Shown here one piece after another: positions 10,070-20,039 of a stretch of DNA of 64,000 bases; position 1 is the first letter of the stretch; each line of letters begins with the position of its first letter. The DNA is from a phage. The translations under genes and the position numbers were made by a program. The DNA lies in the sequence record PV808484.1. One strand, 5' to 3'. The notes under the pieces were generated by a model. That model was not told the origin of the DNA. It searched no databases and worked only from the letters and a program-made list of their open reading frames with translations.

Positions 10070-10088
10070 AAAGGGGCTTTCGCCCCTT
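10070..10088. other. intergenic GC hairpin (weak terminator or RNA stability element)
   Basis: AAGGGGC-TTTC-GCCCCTT between two minus-strand genes; T-run only on plus strand. Confidence 0.35.
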
Positions 10089-10092
10089 CTTG

Positions 10093-10488
10093 TTATTTAT
10101 TGTCAGCACTTAGTTGTACTTTAATAAGGCAATTAGGGACACCATTGGTATTTCTCAAGCCTACACGTTCAATTTTAACAGTGCCTGTCAAACCATTAAA
10201 AGTGGAAACAATGTTATTAATGTTTTCATCCTTACTAGTGATATCAAGAATAACTTTATCACTCACATTTTTCAACATACGATCTACAAGCTCTCCCACA
10301 AAACCACTGGTAGTTTGAATGAGAAGGTATAGACAACCATCCTCAAACCACAAATGTTCACCATAAGCATAACCGTATGGTTCTAATTCCGATCCATCTT
10401 GAAATTTAAACTTAGCAATAGTTTTCGTATAATCATACGCTAAAGCAGAAGGGCATACCCCATAGAGGATGTTTTCGTTGTCTTTCAT
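10093..10488 (-). CDS. hypothetical protein
   Basis: 131-aa ORF. Confidence 0.5.
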   Translation of the reverse strand: MKDNENILYGVCPSALAYDYTKTIAKFKFQDGSELEPYGYAYGEHLWFEDGCLYLLIQTTSGFVGELVDRMLKNVSDKVILDITSKDENINNIVSTFNGLTGTVKIERVGLRNTNGVPNCLIKVQLSADNK

Positions 10489-10497
10489 ATTTTCTCC

Positions 10498-12270
10498 TTA
10501 ATAAGAACCAGCAGCGATGTTTTCTGGGTTACTTGTGTATTGATCGTAATCGTGAAGTGTAGCTGTTTTAATCTCATAGAAGAAACTACCTGCTGCACCA
10601 GTCTCGGAGAACTCACGGTTCTTTAGAATGTAGCAATATGTGCGGTTACGTTCCATAGGATCTTCAGCTTGTTTATCACGCTCCAGCGCAATTGTGATAC
10701 CAGCACCTTTAGCAAGGAAGCTACTACCCATTGCATCATCTTCTACAATATGTTCATTACTATTGTTAGAAGACTTTTTAACGTGTGAAATTACAACAAT
10801 GGTTATTGCATACTCTTTCATAATGCGTTTCAGCCACGTCGCAAGTTCCTCTTGTTGTGACACGTCCATACCAGAAAGCAAATCAGAATAAGGGTCGATA
10901 ACAAGAATGGTTACTCCGAAATAAATAATCATTTCCAGAACCTTCTCTTTAATCACATCTACGTTAGCTCCACGATCATCACAAACATAGAAACGTGGTG
11001 TTCCATCTTCTCGTTCGTAAAAATCACGAATCTTTTCTTCATTATCTTTTAAAATCTTTTCCTTCTCTTCTTTTGTTTTACGGTGAAGAGGGATATGCAA
11101 GAATGAAGACAGTAAGTTACGAGAATACTTCTTATACGTTGCCTCCAAAGATAAAATACCAAGAGTATGTTCTGGGTGTGCAAGAATAATGTGTTTCGTA
11201 ATCTCGTTAACCAACAGTGTCTTACCGATACTTGTTTTTGCAAGTATAACAGTAATTTCTTCTTCTACCAAGCCTCCACCTAACATATTAGAAGCAACAC
11301 GCATGAATGGAGGAAGGGTGATCATTTTAGCTTCCAGGCATTCCAAGGCTGCTTCATACAGTACGTTAGAAGCATAAACACCAGCAGGTGTGTACAGTTT
11401 AGCTTTGAAAAAGCGATCAATAAAATGATCAATTTTTCCTTCTACTAATGCCTGGTTAGGATCTTTAACATCCGTTAGTTCCATCACGTAAACTTTATTA
11501 CGTGGTAAGATTTTAACACATTTCTCAACTGCTGCACGTCCAGCTTCATCATTATCCATACATAGAACAATCTTTTTAAATTGGTCTAAGAATTTATAAC
11601 GATGTTGAAGCTGCTTATGCAGAGATGTTTCGCCACAAGTACCAGATACTACAGCAGGAACAGGATATTTACCACCCTTGTTATAATCTTTTAGCATCTG
11701 TGTTGCAGCCAGCATATCGTGTTCACCACCAACGATTAGAATAGTACCGCTGTGGTTACGATATTTAAACTCCCCAAAAAGATCACAATCCTTTCCTGTT
11801 TCACCGATAGGATGTGAGAAATCTTTTGGATCGATACGTTGTTTATACCCAGCAATATTGTAATCTTTAGTTGTAGGGTATAGTGTTGAAATTACTTCGC
11901 CAGTAGCTTCATCGTACATATAACGTACACCGAAAGGCTTAGAGATATCTTCACGAATACCGCGATAACCTTTTGGATTAGTTCCAGTGCTGGCTTTTAG
12001 TTTATCATGTACTTCTGGATTAAACTCACTACCCAAGATATCCTCCTCTTCAATTTCTTCGCCGTGTGCATTTAACCATTTTTGATCAGGGATAGTAAAG
12101 CCACAAGAAAAACAATGTGCGCCTCGATGGTCTTCATCGGCATCTAAGCCATATACCATCAAATTGTTTTGTGATCGATCACGCCCTCCTTTCATACAAC
12201 GAGGACACCCAGTATGTCCTTCTTGACTTAGATCAATGTTATACCCATATTTATTTACAACATAAGACAC
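10498..12270 (-). CDS. primase-helicase (T7 gp4-like)
   Basis: 590 aa; N-terminal zinc-binding cysteines (CPRC...CFSCGF); TOPRIM-like middle; DnaB-type Walker A (AKTSIGKT). Confidence 0.8.
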   Translation of the reverse strand: MSYVVNKYGYNIDLSQEGHTGCPRCMKGGRDRSQNNLMVYGLDADEDHRGAHCFSCGFTIPDQKWLNAHGEEIEEEDILGSEFNPEVHDKLKASTGTNPKGYRGIREDISKPFGVRYMYDEATGEVISTLYPTTKDYNIAGYKQRIDPKDFSHPIGETGKDCDLFGEFKYRNHSGTILIVGGEHDMLAATQMLKDYNKGGKYPVPAVVSGTCGETSLHKQLQHRYKFLDQFKKIVLCMDNDEAGRAAVEKCVKILPRNKVYVMELTDVKDPNQALVEGKIDHFIDRFFKAKLYTPAGVYASNVLYEAALECLEAKMITLPPFMRVASNMLGGGLVEEEITVILAKTSIGKTLLVNEITKHIILAHPEHTLGILSLEATYKKYSRNLLSSFLHIPLHRKTKEEKEKILKDNEEKIRDFYEREDGTPRFYVCDDRGANVDVIKEKVLEMIIYFGVTILVIDPYSDLLSGMDVSQQEELATWLKRIMKEYAITIVVISHVKKSSNNSNEHIVEDDAMGSSFLAKGAGITIALERDKQAEDPMERNRTYCYILKNREFSETGAAGSFFYEIKTATLHDYDQYTSNPENIAAGSY

Positions 12271-12282
12271 ATGATTCTCCTA

Positions 12283-12552
12283 CTAAAATGATTCGTTTGT
12301 CTCCATAATATATTGCATTTCCAAATCTTCCATATGTTTCTTAAATTGGTAAACAATTTCCGATGGGGAAATATCTATATCAAAAATTTCTTTTGTACCA
12401 GAATAAAATCTAATACCATCAACAATAAGACCACCATAATAATCCCAATCACTTTCTCGTGAGAAAGGATTAGGTTCTTCATAATAGTAATCTACTTCAA
12501 CAATAATAGGTTCTTTATTATCTTGTTTATACTCAAAATCAAAAGTGTTCAT
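12283..12552 (-). CDS. hypothetical protein
   Basis: 89-aa ORF. Confidence 0.45.
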   Translation of the reverse strand: MNTFDFEYKQDNKEPIIVEVDYYYEEPNPFSRESDWDYYGGLIVDGIRFYSGTKEIFDIDISPSEIVYQFKKHMEDLEMQYIMETNESF

Positions 12553-13496
12553 TATAAATCCTCGATAAGCAGTCTGCGGGTTTCATTTAAATCATCAATA
12601 TTGTAGTTATCTCTTACATACTTAGCAAGAGCCAATCCTTTCTCAATACAAACATCAGGAGATTCGATTAAGTATTCTACAATATCTTTCCACTCTTTAA
12701 CTGAATCAGCAAAGAAGATTAGATCTTTAAATTCTTCAGTATAATAGTTCTCTCGTGGTGAACAGACGAGTGGCAAACCTTTAGCACCAGCTTCAAGAAT
12801 TTTTAAATTACTTTTAGCATTATTAAAATGATTATTTACTAATGGAGCTATGGAGATTTGATGACCATCGTATGCTTCCATATAACACTCATAAGGACGA
12901 ATACCTTCATAAACACAATCTGGTTGAATATCTTCTTTAATTTGCAACCATTGAGCACTACTTAACTCTTCGTGATCTCTACGAAATCCACATAAAGTTA
13001 AATCTTTACCAAAATCAGGAAGAATTGCTAAATCATGTTTATGGGTTTCACTTCCCGCCCAAACCAGTGGACTTTTAGAATAACGGTCTTTCGTAACAAC
13101 AAACTGTCCTTCATCAAAAGGTAGTCCGTTAGGCACAATATGTACATTATCATTGTATTGGCTTAATTCAACCTTTAATGCCGGAGTTGTTGTAGTTACA
13201 AGATCGCTTCTTTCAAGGAACCATTTTAGGTCATCTCGGATTTGATTTTCAAATAGTCCTTCAAGCATATGCCCTTCAGGAATAATTAAAGAATCATCCA
13301 GATCCATTACCAATTTAAACCCAAGTTGTTTAAGAGCCAGGAAACCTGGCTTTCCACGTGTTGGTACTCCATTGAACACAAAAATATTATGCTTAGGATT
13401 AATGGTCAGTTTGCGTTTATATGGCAAAATGATCCTATGAAAATCACATACACTATACTTTTCATTTCCGCGTGTGTCAAGAATAATATTAGGCAT
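12552..13496 (-). CDS. putative glycosyltransferase (GT-B, GT1/GT4-like), paralogue 1
   Basis: 314 aa; C-terminal KSNLKILEAGAKGLP resembles GT4 sugar-donor motif; paralogous to 13508..14482. Confidence 0.55.
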   Translation of the reverse strand: MPNIILDTRGNEKYSVCDFHRIILPYKRKLTINPKHNIFVFNGVPTRGKPGFLALKQLGFKLVMDLDDSLIIPEGHMLEGLFENQIRDDLKWFLERSDLVTTTTPALKVELSQYNDNVHIVPNGLPFDEGQFVVTKDRYSKSPLVWAGSETHKHDLAILPDFGKDLTLCGFRRDHEELSSAQWLQIKEDIQPDCVYEGIRPYECYMEAYDGHQISIAPLVNNHFNNAKSNLKILEAGAKGLPLVCSPRENYYTEEFKDLIFFADSVKEWKDIVEYLIESPDVCIEKGLALAKYVRDNYNIDDLNETRRLLIEDL

Positions 13497-13507
13497 ATAA
13501 CTCCTTG

Positions 13508-14482
13508 TTAAAGACTTTCAATAACTTGACGACGCAGTTCATTGGCATCTGCAAGATTATAATTAAGACGAACGTGTTCTGCAAGCATCATACCACGATC
13601 TTCTGTGTATCTAGGGTTCCTCATTAGCTTGACAACTTCATAATGCCAAGATGCTTTAGAATCTGCATAGATAACAGCCTTTGCATCTACCGGATTGAAG
13701 TACGGCAGCACAGGAGAACAGATAATAGGAAGACCCTTTGCACCTGCTTCCAAAATCTTCAAATTGCTTTTACAGTTGTTGAAGTCATTATCTACCAGGG
13801 GAGCAATTGCAATGCTATGACCGTCATACACAGACATATACTCACCTAAATTTTTAATAGCTGGTTTATACTGTGCATTTGGAATTTTACGTTTTATTTT
13901 AACCCACTCCGCAGTAGTTAGATACTGACTGTTATTTCCAACAGGTGCAGAAGGATACACTTCATACCCTGCAATTGTCAATAGTGTATCATCAAATGTA
14001 TTAGCTACAAGAGATAAATCAGGCTCGTGGCTTGCTCCTCCAGCCCAGATAATAGGCGTGTCAGAATTACGGTCTTTTGTCAAAGTAAATTGACCTTCGT
14101 CGTAAGGTAGTGCGTTTCTAATAACGACAACATTACGATTTAAATGACGAATTTTGTAAGCTAGGTATTCTGTTGTTACTGTAACAACATCTGCTAACTT
14201 AACCATCTCTACAATAGTCTTTGAATGATTAGTAAATACGCCAGCCATATAATGTTCAGGATTAAGTGAATAAAAGTCATCTAAATCAACAATAATCTTA
14301 ACACCTTGTGCCTTCAGGCGTTTAACTTCGTCTGCTCCATGAGAATACACTCTATTAAAAACTAAAACGTCTTTCTTAGGTTTAAACGTATTTCCAGCAA
14401 ATGGCATTACAATACGATGGTAATCACAACCACTGCCTAACTTATTATCACACTTAAGTACAGGAGTATTAGGATTTACCAT
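13508..14482 (-). CDS. putative glycosyltransferase (GT-B), paralogue 2
   Basis: same motifs as paralogue 1; start moved to ATG 14482 (GAGGAGG upstream, N-terminus then aligns with paralogue 1). Confidence 0.55.
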   Translation of the reverse strand: MVNPNTPVLKCDNKLGSGCDYHRIVMPFAGNTFKPKKDVLVFNRVYSHGADEVKRLKAQGVKIIVDLDDFYSLNPEHYMAGVFTNHSKTIVEMVKLADVVTVTTEYLAYKIRHLNRNVVVIRNALPYDEGQFTLTKDRNSDTPIIWAGGASHEPDLSLVANTFDDTLLTIAGYEVYPSAPVGNNSQYLTTAEWVKIKRKIPNAQYKPAIKNLGEYMSVYDGHSIAIAPLVDNDFNNCKSNLKILEAGAKGLPIICSPVLPYFNPVDAKAVIYADSKASWHYEVVKLMRNPRYTEDRGMMLAEHVRLNYNLADANELRRQVIESL

Positions 14483-15155
14483 ATTTTTGAGCCTCCTCAT
14501 AAGAGATAAAAGTTTTACCATTGCGAAGATCCTCCAGTGATTGTTTATATTGTTCCCAGTTTACACCAATCCCCTGTTCTTTCTCTTCTTTTGATAGATT
14601 CGCAAAAGGTAAAGGATTGTCTCCAAACACATCGTCAGGATGGATAAACGCCATAATTCGAATAGGACATGGTACGCCTGGAATACCTCGGTTCAAACCT
14701 GCCAGCGGAACGCGCTGAATCCACTCTGCATCTTCATATCCATAACCGTGGGTGTATGAGCGGAAATAGCCAGCTTTCTCAATAACTGCACGGGAATACA
14801 TACCAAACTGGCACATCCCTAGTTCCCAAATAACCACTTCCCCTTCAATACCTTTTACTTTATCTTTAAAGTATTCAGGCATACCAAAGAAATCCCAACC
14901 ATTTTCCTTCGCCTGTTTTACAAAATATGTTTCCCAACCTTGAACAACAGGATAACAATCATCATCAAAAATAAACCAGTAGTCATACCCTTCGTCATAA
15001 AACTTTTTCATCAATTCATTACGAGCATATGCAACACCTTTTCGTTCCCGATCATACTGTACAACAAAAGTAGCATTAGGATCAGTCACAAGATAATCTT
15101 TAAGAGGACGCTTACCTACAGTAATAACACCAACACCAATTTTTGTATTTTCCAA
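14469..15155 (-). CDS. putative glycosyltransferase (GT-A, family 2-like)
   Basis: 228 aa; GVGVITVGKRP; DxD-type FIFDDDCYP. Confidence 0.55.
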   Translation of the reverse strand: MENTKIGVGVITVGKRPLKDYLVTDPNATFVVQYDRERKGVAYARNELMKKFYDEGYDYWFIFDDDCYPVVQGWETYFVKQAKENGWDFFGMPEYFKDKVKGIEGEVVIWELGMCQFGMYSRAVIEKAGYFRSYTHGYGYEDAEWIQRVPLAGLNRGIPGVPCPIRIMAFIHPDDVFGDNPLPFANLSKEEKEQGIGVNWEQYKQSLEDLRNGKTFISYEEAQKYGKS

Positions 15156-15164
15156 AATAACTCC

Positions 15165-15728
15165 TTAAATAATTTTATTCATGTCTTGACAATGTAAAAG
15201 GTGTGAAACAGCTTTTCTAGGATCATCATTACCTAAACGGTAGGTGTGAAATAAATATAACCCACGTAGTAAACCTAGCCTTTTATTATTAGCATGTAAT
15301 GCTTTAGAGAAAATTATATCAAACTGTATTGATCTTTCCTCAAAAGGGATTTCATTCCACAGACTCTTACGAAAGAGAAGAAAGAATCCTGCTAAGATAG
15401 CATCTGTAGGTACTTCCTCTATTGAGTTTCCCCATTCTAGATGTGCTCTTTTTGCAATCTCAATGTGGTGTAATATATTTGGATCTTCACTTCTTTCATT
15501 ATTAAATAATTGATATGTTGATCCCAATCTATTACAAGATGCACCAAGAACATCAAAATCAGGATTTGAACGGACTATTGATTCCAGCCAAGCAGGTTGT
15601 TCTGGAAGAAGAAACATTGTATCAATGTCTCTTAGGCAAATCCAACTATCTTCTGGTAAGACACTTATTGTGTCATTGATACCTTTTCCAATATCTCCAG
15701 AAAGATAGGGAGTTATGTGAAATATCAT
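15165..15728 (-). CDS. hypothetical protein (possibly glycosyltransferase-associated)
   Basis: 187-aa ORF, co-directional with the glycosyltransferase cluster. Confidence 0.45.
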   Translation of the reverse strand: MIFHITPYLSGDIGKGINDTISVLPEDSWICLRDIDTMFLLPEQPAWLESIVRSNPDFDVLGASCNRLGSTYQLFNNERSEDPNILHHIEIAKRAHLEWGNSIEEVPTDAILAGFFLLFRKSLWNEIPFEERSIQFDIIFSKALHANNKRLGLLRGLYLFHTYRLGNDDPRKAVSHLLHCQDMNKII

Positions 15729-15785
15729 ACTCCCTCCGTATTATTACTTTAGCATTTTTAGACTAAAAAGTCCAAATGGTTTTAC

Positions 15786-15980
15786 CTATTGATTACGTTT
15801 TGCGAGTTCCATTTGGATAGCTAAACTGTGATCTCGTGCTTCCATATACTCTTTATATGTTTCATTAAGATGATCACGACAAACATCACGCAGTTTAATC
15901 AGTTTATCTGTAGGGATACCACTAAGATCATCCCAAGATTTTACAACTTCACCAGTATCATTGATCCCAATGGTTTTCAT
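15786..15980 (-). CDS. hypothetical protein
   Basis: 64-aa ORF. Confidence 0.4.
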   Translation of the reverse strand: MKTIGINDTGEVVKSWDDLSGIPTDKLIKLRDVCRDHLNETYKEYMEARDHSLAIQMELAKRNQ

Positions 15981-16236
15981 CTACAACCTCCTTAATTGCT
16001 ACAGCACAGTTTTTGCAGATACACTGCCCTTTACCTTTAGAAATCTGGATGTAAGGTTCATTTTCATTTTCGCCCTTACGTGAGTCATATATTACAGAAT
16101 TGAAGCACACAACGCAAATATTTTTTAAGATTGTATACTTATCAACTTTCTTTTTTGTTTTAAAGTTAACTTCAATAACATCAGCCATTAGTGTAACACT
16201 CCCAGTATGTTGTTTTGTGACATAACCATAGAACAT
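15958..16236 (-). CDS. hypothetical Cys-rich (zinc-ribbon-like) protein
   Basis: 92 aa; CVVCFN ... CICKNCAVA. Confidence 0.4.
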   Translation of the reverse strand: MFYGYVTKQHTGSVTLMADVIEVNFKTKKKVDKYTILKNICVVCFNSVIYDSRKGENENEPYIQISKGKGQCICKNCAVAIKEVVDENHWDQ

Positions 16237-16466
16237 TCAACATTATCGTGACTACGTGAAAAACGTTCCCAAACATCTTCATCGACTCGTAAAGCTATAC
16301 AAGGATAGACGTTATCATTGATCATTTCAATTGAATAAACATCCACATTGTCTTCGTCTTCGATGAACATCATTGCAAACTGTTCTAAATGTTTCCTAAT
16401 GTAATGTACATCCTCTTCTGTAAGACCAATAACAAGATAACTTGCAACGATAACGCCATCTTTCAT
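16188..16466 (-). CDS. hypothetical protein
   Basis: 92-aa ORF. Confidence 0.4.
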   Translation of the reverse strand: MKDGVIVASYLVIGLTEEDVHYIRKHLEQFAMMFIEDEDNVDVYSIEMINDNVYPCIALRVDEDVWERFSRSHDNVECSMVMSQNNILGVLH

Positions 16467-16476
16467 CTATATCTCC

Positions 16477-16986
16477 TTAGCGATAGAATTGATGTTCTTT
16501 GTAGCGGTACACTAGAACCATATCTTTTTCCCAGTGTGCTCTTATTGTAGATTTTTTAAAGTATAATGCTCCTTTTGTAATATCTAATGCAATTCGTAAC
16601 TCTGGAAAATGAGTATCGAGATAAAGTAGACGTTCCGCTATAGCCTTAGCTTCCTTCCACTTATCACGTTCCATAACGTTGAATGTCTTTGTGTAAGAGA
16701 ATTGTCCTTTTTGAAACAAAACTTCTTTTATAGTATCAGGGAAATATGAATCTCTCGCCCTATTCAATACTACATTACCAACAGCAGACATACCGCGCTT
16801 TCCTTGATTACGACTTTCTGCATAGATTGCACAAGCTAATAGATTTTCTTTACTATCACGCTTTGTACACTTGTGAACTACTTTAGCAGTTTTTACGTTT
16901 GCAGCTTCGGCTTGCGCCACAACAGGTGTAAATGTAAAAGCAGTTAAGGATAGTAACGCAATTGCGACAAAGGTTTTTATTGACAA
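16477..16986 (-). CDS. secreted cell-wall hydrolase (SleB-like)
   Basis: 169 aa; N-terminal signal peptide (MSIKTFVAIALLSLTAFTFTPVVAQA); GNVVLNRARD...QFSY resembles SleB hydrolase core. Confidence 0.5.
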   Translation of the reverse strand: MSIKTFVAIALLSLTAFTFTPVVAQAEAANVKTAKVVHKCTKRDSKENLLACAIYAESRNQGKRGMSAVGNVVLNRARDSYFPDTIKEVLFQKGQFSYTKTFNVMERDKWKEAKAIAERLLYLDTHFPELRIALDITKGALYFKKSTIRAHWEKDMVLVYRYKEHQFYR

Positions 16987-17049
16987 ACTTGCCTCCTATT
17001 TTGTTAAACGAACTTTTATTGTAACACAGAAGAGGCTGTTTTGCAAGTG

Positions 17050-17068
17050 GAGGGGGATAATCCCCCTC
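17050..17068. other. intergenic 8-bp GC hairpin
   Basis: GAGGGGGA-TAA-TCCCCCTC between minus-strand genes. Confidence 0.35.
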
Positions 17069-17078
17069 TTAGACTCTG

Positions 17079-17684
17079 TTAGATATTGTAAACCTTTGTA
17101 TGAGTTACTACACCATCTTCTACAAAATCAATACGTTCTTGATCCGTAATCAGTGCAGACAACACTTTAAATTTAATTTTTACACGTTCAAAAGCTGGTT
17201 GACCATCTTTAAGATAATTATGTTCGGTTGTCACTGTCTTGTTTACAAAATCAACTTTCGCTTTACCGTTTTCGCGTAGGTGGAATGTTTTTCCTGCTTT
17301 GTACACAATTTCAACATTACCTTCGAGAATAATTCCTTCAAAAAGTTCACCATCTTCTTCTTCATTTTCTTCACTTTTGAACAGACGACGAAACTCTTCC
17401 ATATCAAGATAAACAACATCTTCAGAATGACTATCAGTAAGGTATGTCCTACCATCCATTAACCCGAAATATTGCCAGATTGCAGAATAAACATCACAAG
17501 TTGATCCTGCGGTTTCCTTTAGTTTAGTTCCACGGATTACTTCATAAACTTCAAAATTAAAACCAGACTGCAAAGCATTAAACAGTACATCACTAACCTC
17601 TAAAGCATACTCTTTATTGCTGTTAATATCTACAAGAAAATTGCCGCTGCGAATAAGTTTTTTACCTTCTAAAGTAATACCCAT
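17079..17684 (-). CDS. hypothetical protein (Ter-module neighbourhood)
   Basis: 201-aa ORF. Confidence 0.5.
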   Translation of the reverse strand: MGITLEGKKLIRSGNFLVDINSNKEYALEVSDVLFNALQSGFNFEVYEVIRGTKLKETAGSTCDVYSAIWQYFGLMDGRTYLTDSHSEDVVYLDMEEFRRLFKSEENEEEDGELFEGIILEGNVEIVYKAGKTFHLRENGKAKVDFVNKTVTTEHNYLKDGQPAFERVKIKFKVLSALITDQERIDFVEDGVVTHTKVYNI

Positions 17685-17700
17685 TGTTTTCTCCTCTTTT

Positions 17701-17735
17701 ATTTAAAATATGCGCCCCGAAGGGCGCTATGCTTT
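17701..17735. terminator. terminator hairpin
   Basis: GCGCCC-CGAA-GGGCGC with AT-rich flanks on both sides. Confidence 0.5.
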
Positions 17736-17748
17736 ATTACTTGACTTA

Positions 17749-18345
17749 TTACTCGAACCAATCGTCGCCAGCGCCAAACGCTTTAACTACATCATAAATG
17801 TCAAGTCCAGCTTTACCTACACCATATGCTTTCAGTTTCCATTCGCTATCTTCCCGTACCAGGGAGGCAACGTGGCAAATGGTATTACCTGCAAGTTCTG
17901 GAGCCAAGAAGTCAAAATCCAGCAGTTCAACGTTACGTTCATCATCGAAGATTTTAAGGAAACCTTCGGTAGCGTGACCAAGGCGTTTCTTACCCGTTTC
18001 GTCATCAATAGTGATTACGAATGCAATTTCCTGTGCTTCAGCAGAGATATTATCCAGTGTAACATCAATCTGCTCCATTTGTCCTACACCGTCACGAACA
18101 TCTTCACCTGCAAAAGTAGAACGTTCAGGATCAAATTTCTGTGCGTAGCATACCAGGTGGCGAGGAGACAACAGTTCCGGCAGACCAGATGCATTGTGTC
18201 GGCAAATCAGAGCACTAACATCCAGATCCAGTTTTTCGTTAGATTTCCAAGAGAATTCCAGACGAATGCGTTTCAGTGCTGGTGCGATCTTTTTCAGAGA
18301 AACTTTTTCGCTAGAACCTTTTTTCAGGGAAATTTTCTGAGTCAT
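17749..18345 (-). CDS. TerD-domain protein
   Basis: 198 aa; N-terminal ISLKKG..VSLKK, LDLDVSALI, EWKLKAYGVG match TerD family landmarks. Confidence 0.75.
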   Translation of the reverse strand: MTQKISLKKGSSEKVSLKKIAPALKRIRLEFSWKSNEKLDLDVSALICRHNASGLPELLSPRHLVCYAQKFDPERSTFAGEDVRDGVGQMEQIDVTLDNISAEAQEIAFVITIDDETGKKRLGHATEGFLKIFDDERNVELLDFDFLAPELAGNTICHVASLVREDSEWKLKAYGVGKAGLDIYDVVKAFGAGDDWFE

Positions 18346-18417
18346 AATTTATTATCTCCTTTGTTGTTAATTTACGTTGTCTATTTTACTAATCTTTTCT
18401 ACAAAGTCAAGCGTTTT

Positions 18418-19212
18418 TTACGCTTTTGCTCCAAATTTTTTAACCCACTCGCCAAACTCTTCGGATAACAGTTTATCGTAGAGTTCTTCATCAGACAAGG
18501 ACAAATCTGCAATACCGATAAAATCAACATTATCGTATTCTTTTGCCAAGTCTTTCAGGAATTTAAAGTTTGCATTACCTACACCAACCATAAACCAGTA
18601 AACAGGCGTATTGCGGTGTTTGTTCAGTAAGCTACGTACTGCTGAAGTATCCATGTTCTCCCCGTCAGTTTGGAAGAAAATCATTGCAGGAGTACGATCA
18701 ACTTGTGCATCAGTATCTACAACCTGTTCTACAACAGTACGTGTAACTTCTACAAGTTCTTTTTTACCAGTTAGTTTAGCAAGGAAACCCTTAGCCGGAA
18801 CTTCTTCATACTCAACGACTTCGCGTGTAATATTTTTCATAGGTACACTACCGAAGTATGTATCATAGATCTCTTGCATTACTGGAGCATAGGCTGTACC
18901 ACCGTTGATGCAAACATTAGACATGCAAGAGCCGACATAATCATCATACACATCAGCCGTTGCAGGAGGCAGTTCAAAAGAAGAACTATTGAAAGCCCAC
19001 ATGTCAATCTGTGCATTGTCATCAAACTTCATACCAAACGGCAGCAGTTTACCTACAAAATCACTTACAGTGCCATCACGATACAGCTCACACATACTAC
19101 CCGAAATATCTAAGGCGCTACCGACACGAAGAACAACATCGTTAATCTTTTTCTTACGCAGAGATACAGTAAGAGTTTCTTGACGTTTTTTAAGACTGAT
19201 TTTATTGGACAT
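18418..19212 (-). CDS. vWA-domain protein (TerY-like)
   Basis: 264 aa; MIDAS-like DISGSM; TerD-like N-terminal strand (ISLKK...TVSL). Confidence 0.5.
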   Translation of the reverse strand: MSNKISLKKRQETLTVSLRKKKINDVVLRVGSALDISGSMCELYRDGTVSDFVGKLLPFGMKFDDNAQIDMWAFNSSSFELPPATADVYDDYVGSCMSNVCINGGTAYAPVMQEIYDTYFGSVPMKNITREVVEYEEVPAKGFLAKLTGKKELVEVTRTVVEQVVDTDAQVDRTPAMIFFQTDGENMDTSAVRSLLNKHRNTPVYWFMVGVGNANFKFLKDLAKEYDNVDFIGIADLSLSDEELYDKLLSEEFGEWVKKFGAKA

Positions 19213-19213
19213 A

Positions 19214-19483
19214 TTATTTCTCCTTTCTGACTGTAATGTTAGTAACTTCTAAATCCACTTCTACCACTTCTGTATCATATAAAATACAGTTAAGTTGACC
19301 TCTTTGTGAACCGTTCAGACACATTGCTTGGTTTGTATTAACCTTAATAAACACTAAGTTTCTGAACGTATCTAAACCAGCATCTTGATAGGCAACATAA
19401 TATACGAATGTATCACCTGTGTCAAGTTCTCCAAAACATTTAGGTTCATCTGATTTGTCGTCTTTGATATTAAATTTAAGCAC
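19214..19483 (-). CDS. hypothetical protein
   Basis: 89-aa ORF. Confidence 0.45.
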   Translation of the reverse strand: MLKFNIKDDKSDEPKCFGELDTGDTFVYYVAYQDAGLDTFRNLVFIKVNTNQAMCLNGSQRGQLNCILYDTEVVEVDLEVTNITVRKEK

Positions 19484-20039
19484 TGTCTTCTCCTTTACCT
19501 GCTCTCAAGCCTAAATAGAAAGCCTCTCTGGTGATCTTTTGCAACTCGTTTAAAGAGATAGTTACAACTAAATCATCTTCAATTTCTAGCTTTGAGTCTT
19601 CTTCTGTCTCAATGCAAGTATTATGCACTTTGTGGTAAGGATTGTCAACACGTTTAAATTTATTATTTTCAGTGCTGAAGAAGCAATCTGGATCTTCTTC
19701 TCCATCACCCCAGCCCTGGTTAGGGTCTTCTTCAGATCTTTCTGTTGGGATCTCACCTGTAAAATGCTCTTCTAATACCATAGCAATACCATCCCCAAGA
19801 TCGGAAGAGAACATCAAATTACAAACTTCTTCCCAAGGCATAGACCACTTGAATCTTTTACGATTGCCATGTTTATCTTCTTCGTTAGAGAAAACACTAC
19901 CATAGCTATCATAATTGCCATACATCTCTTCAATAACTTTACCACCTTTCAAAAGAAATAGGTAGCAAGGAGAGCCATCGAAAGAGGTAGAAAGAGCAGC
20001 ATTACCAGACTCTTTGCATAAGAAACTAAAGCACCCCAT
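19476..20039 (-). CDS. hypothetical acidic protein
   Basis: 187-aa ORF. Confidence 0.5.
   Translation of the reverse strand: MGCFSFLCKESGNAALSTSFDGSPCYLFLLKGGKVIEEMYGNYDSYGSVFSNEEDKHGNRKRFKWSMPWEEVCNLMFSSDLGDGIAMVLEEHFTGEIPTERSEEDPNQGWGDGEEDPDCFFSTENNKFKRVDNPYHKVHNTCIETEEDSKLEIEDDLVVTISLNELQKITREAFYLGLRAGKGEDSA

Noticed and set aside
10061-10332. Plus-strand ORFs 10061..10318 and 10114..10332
   Set aside because: Antisense to the minus-strand gene 10093..10488 in a uniformly leftward block; low-complexity translations.
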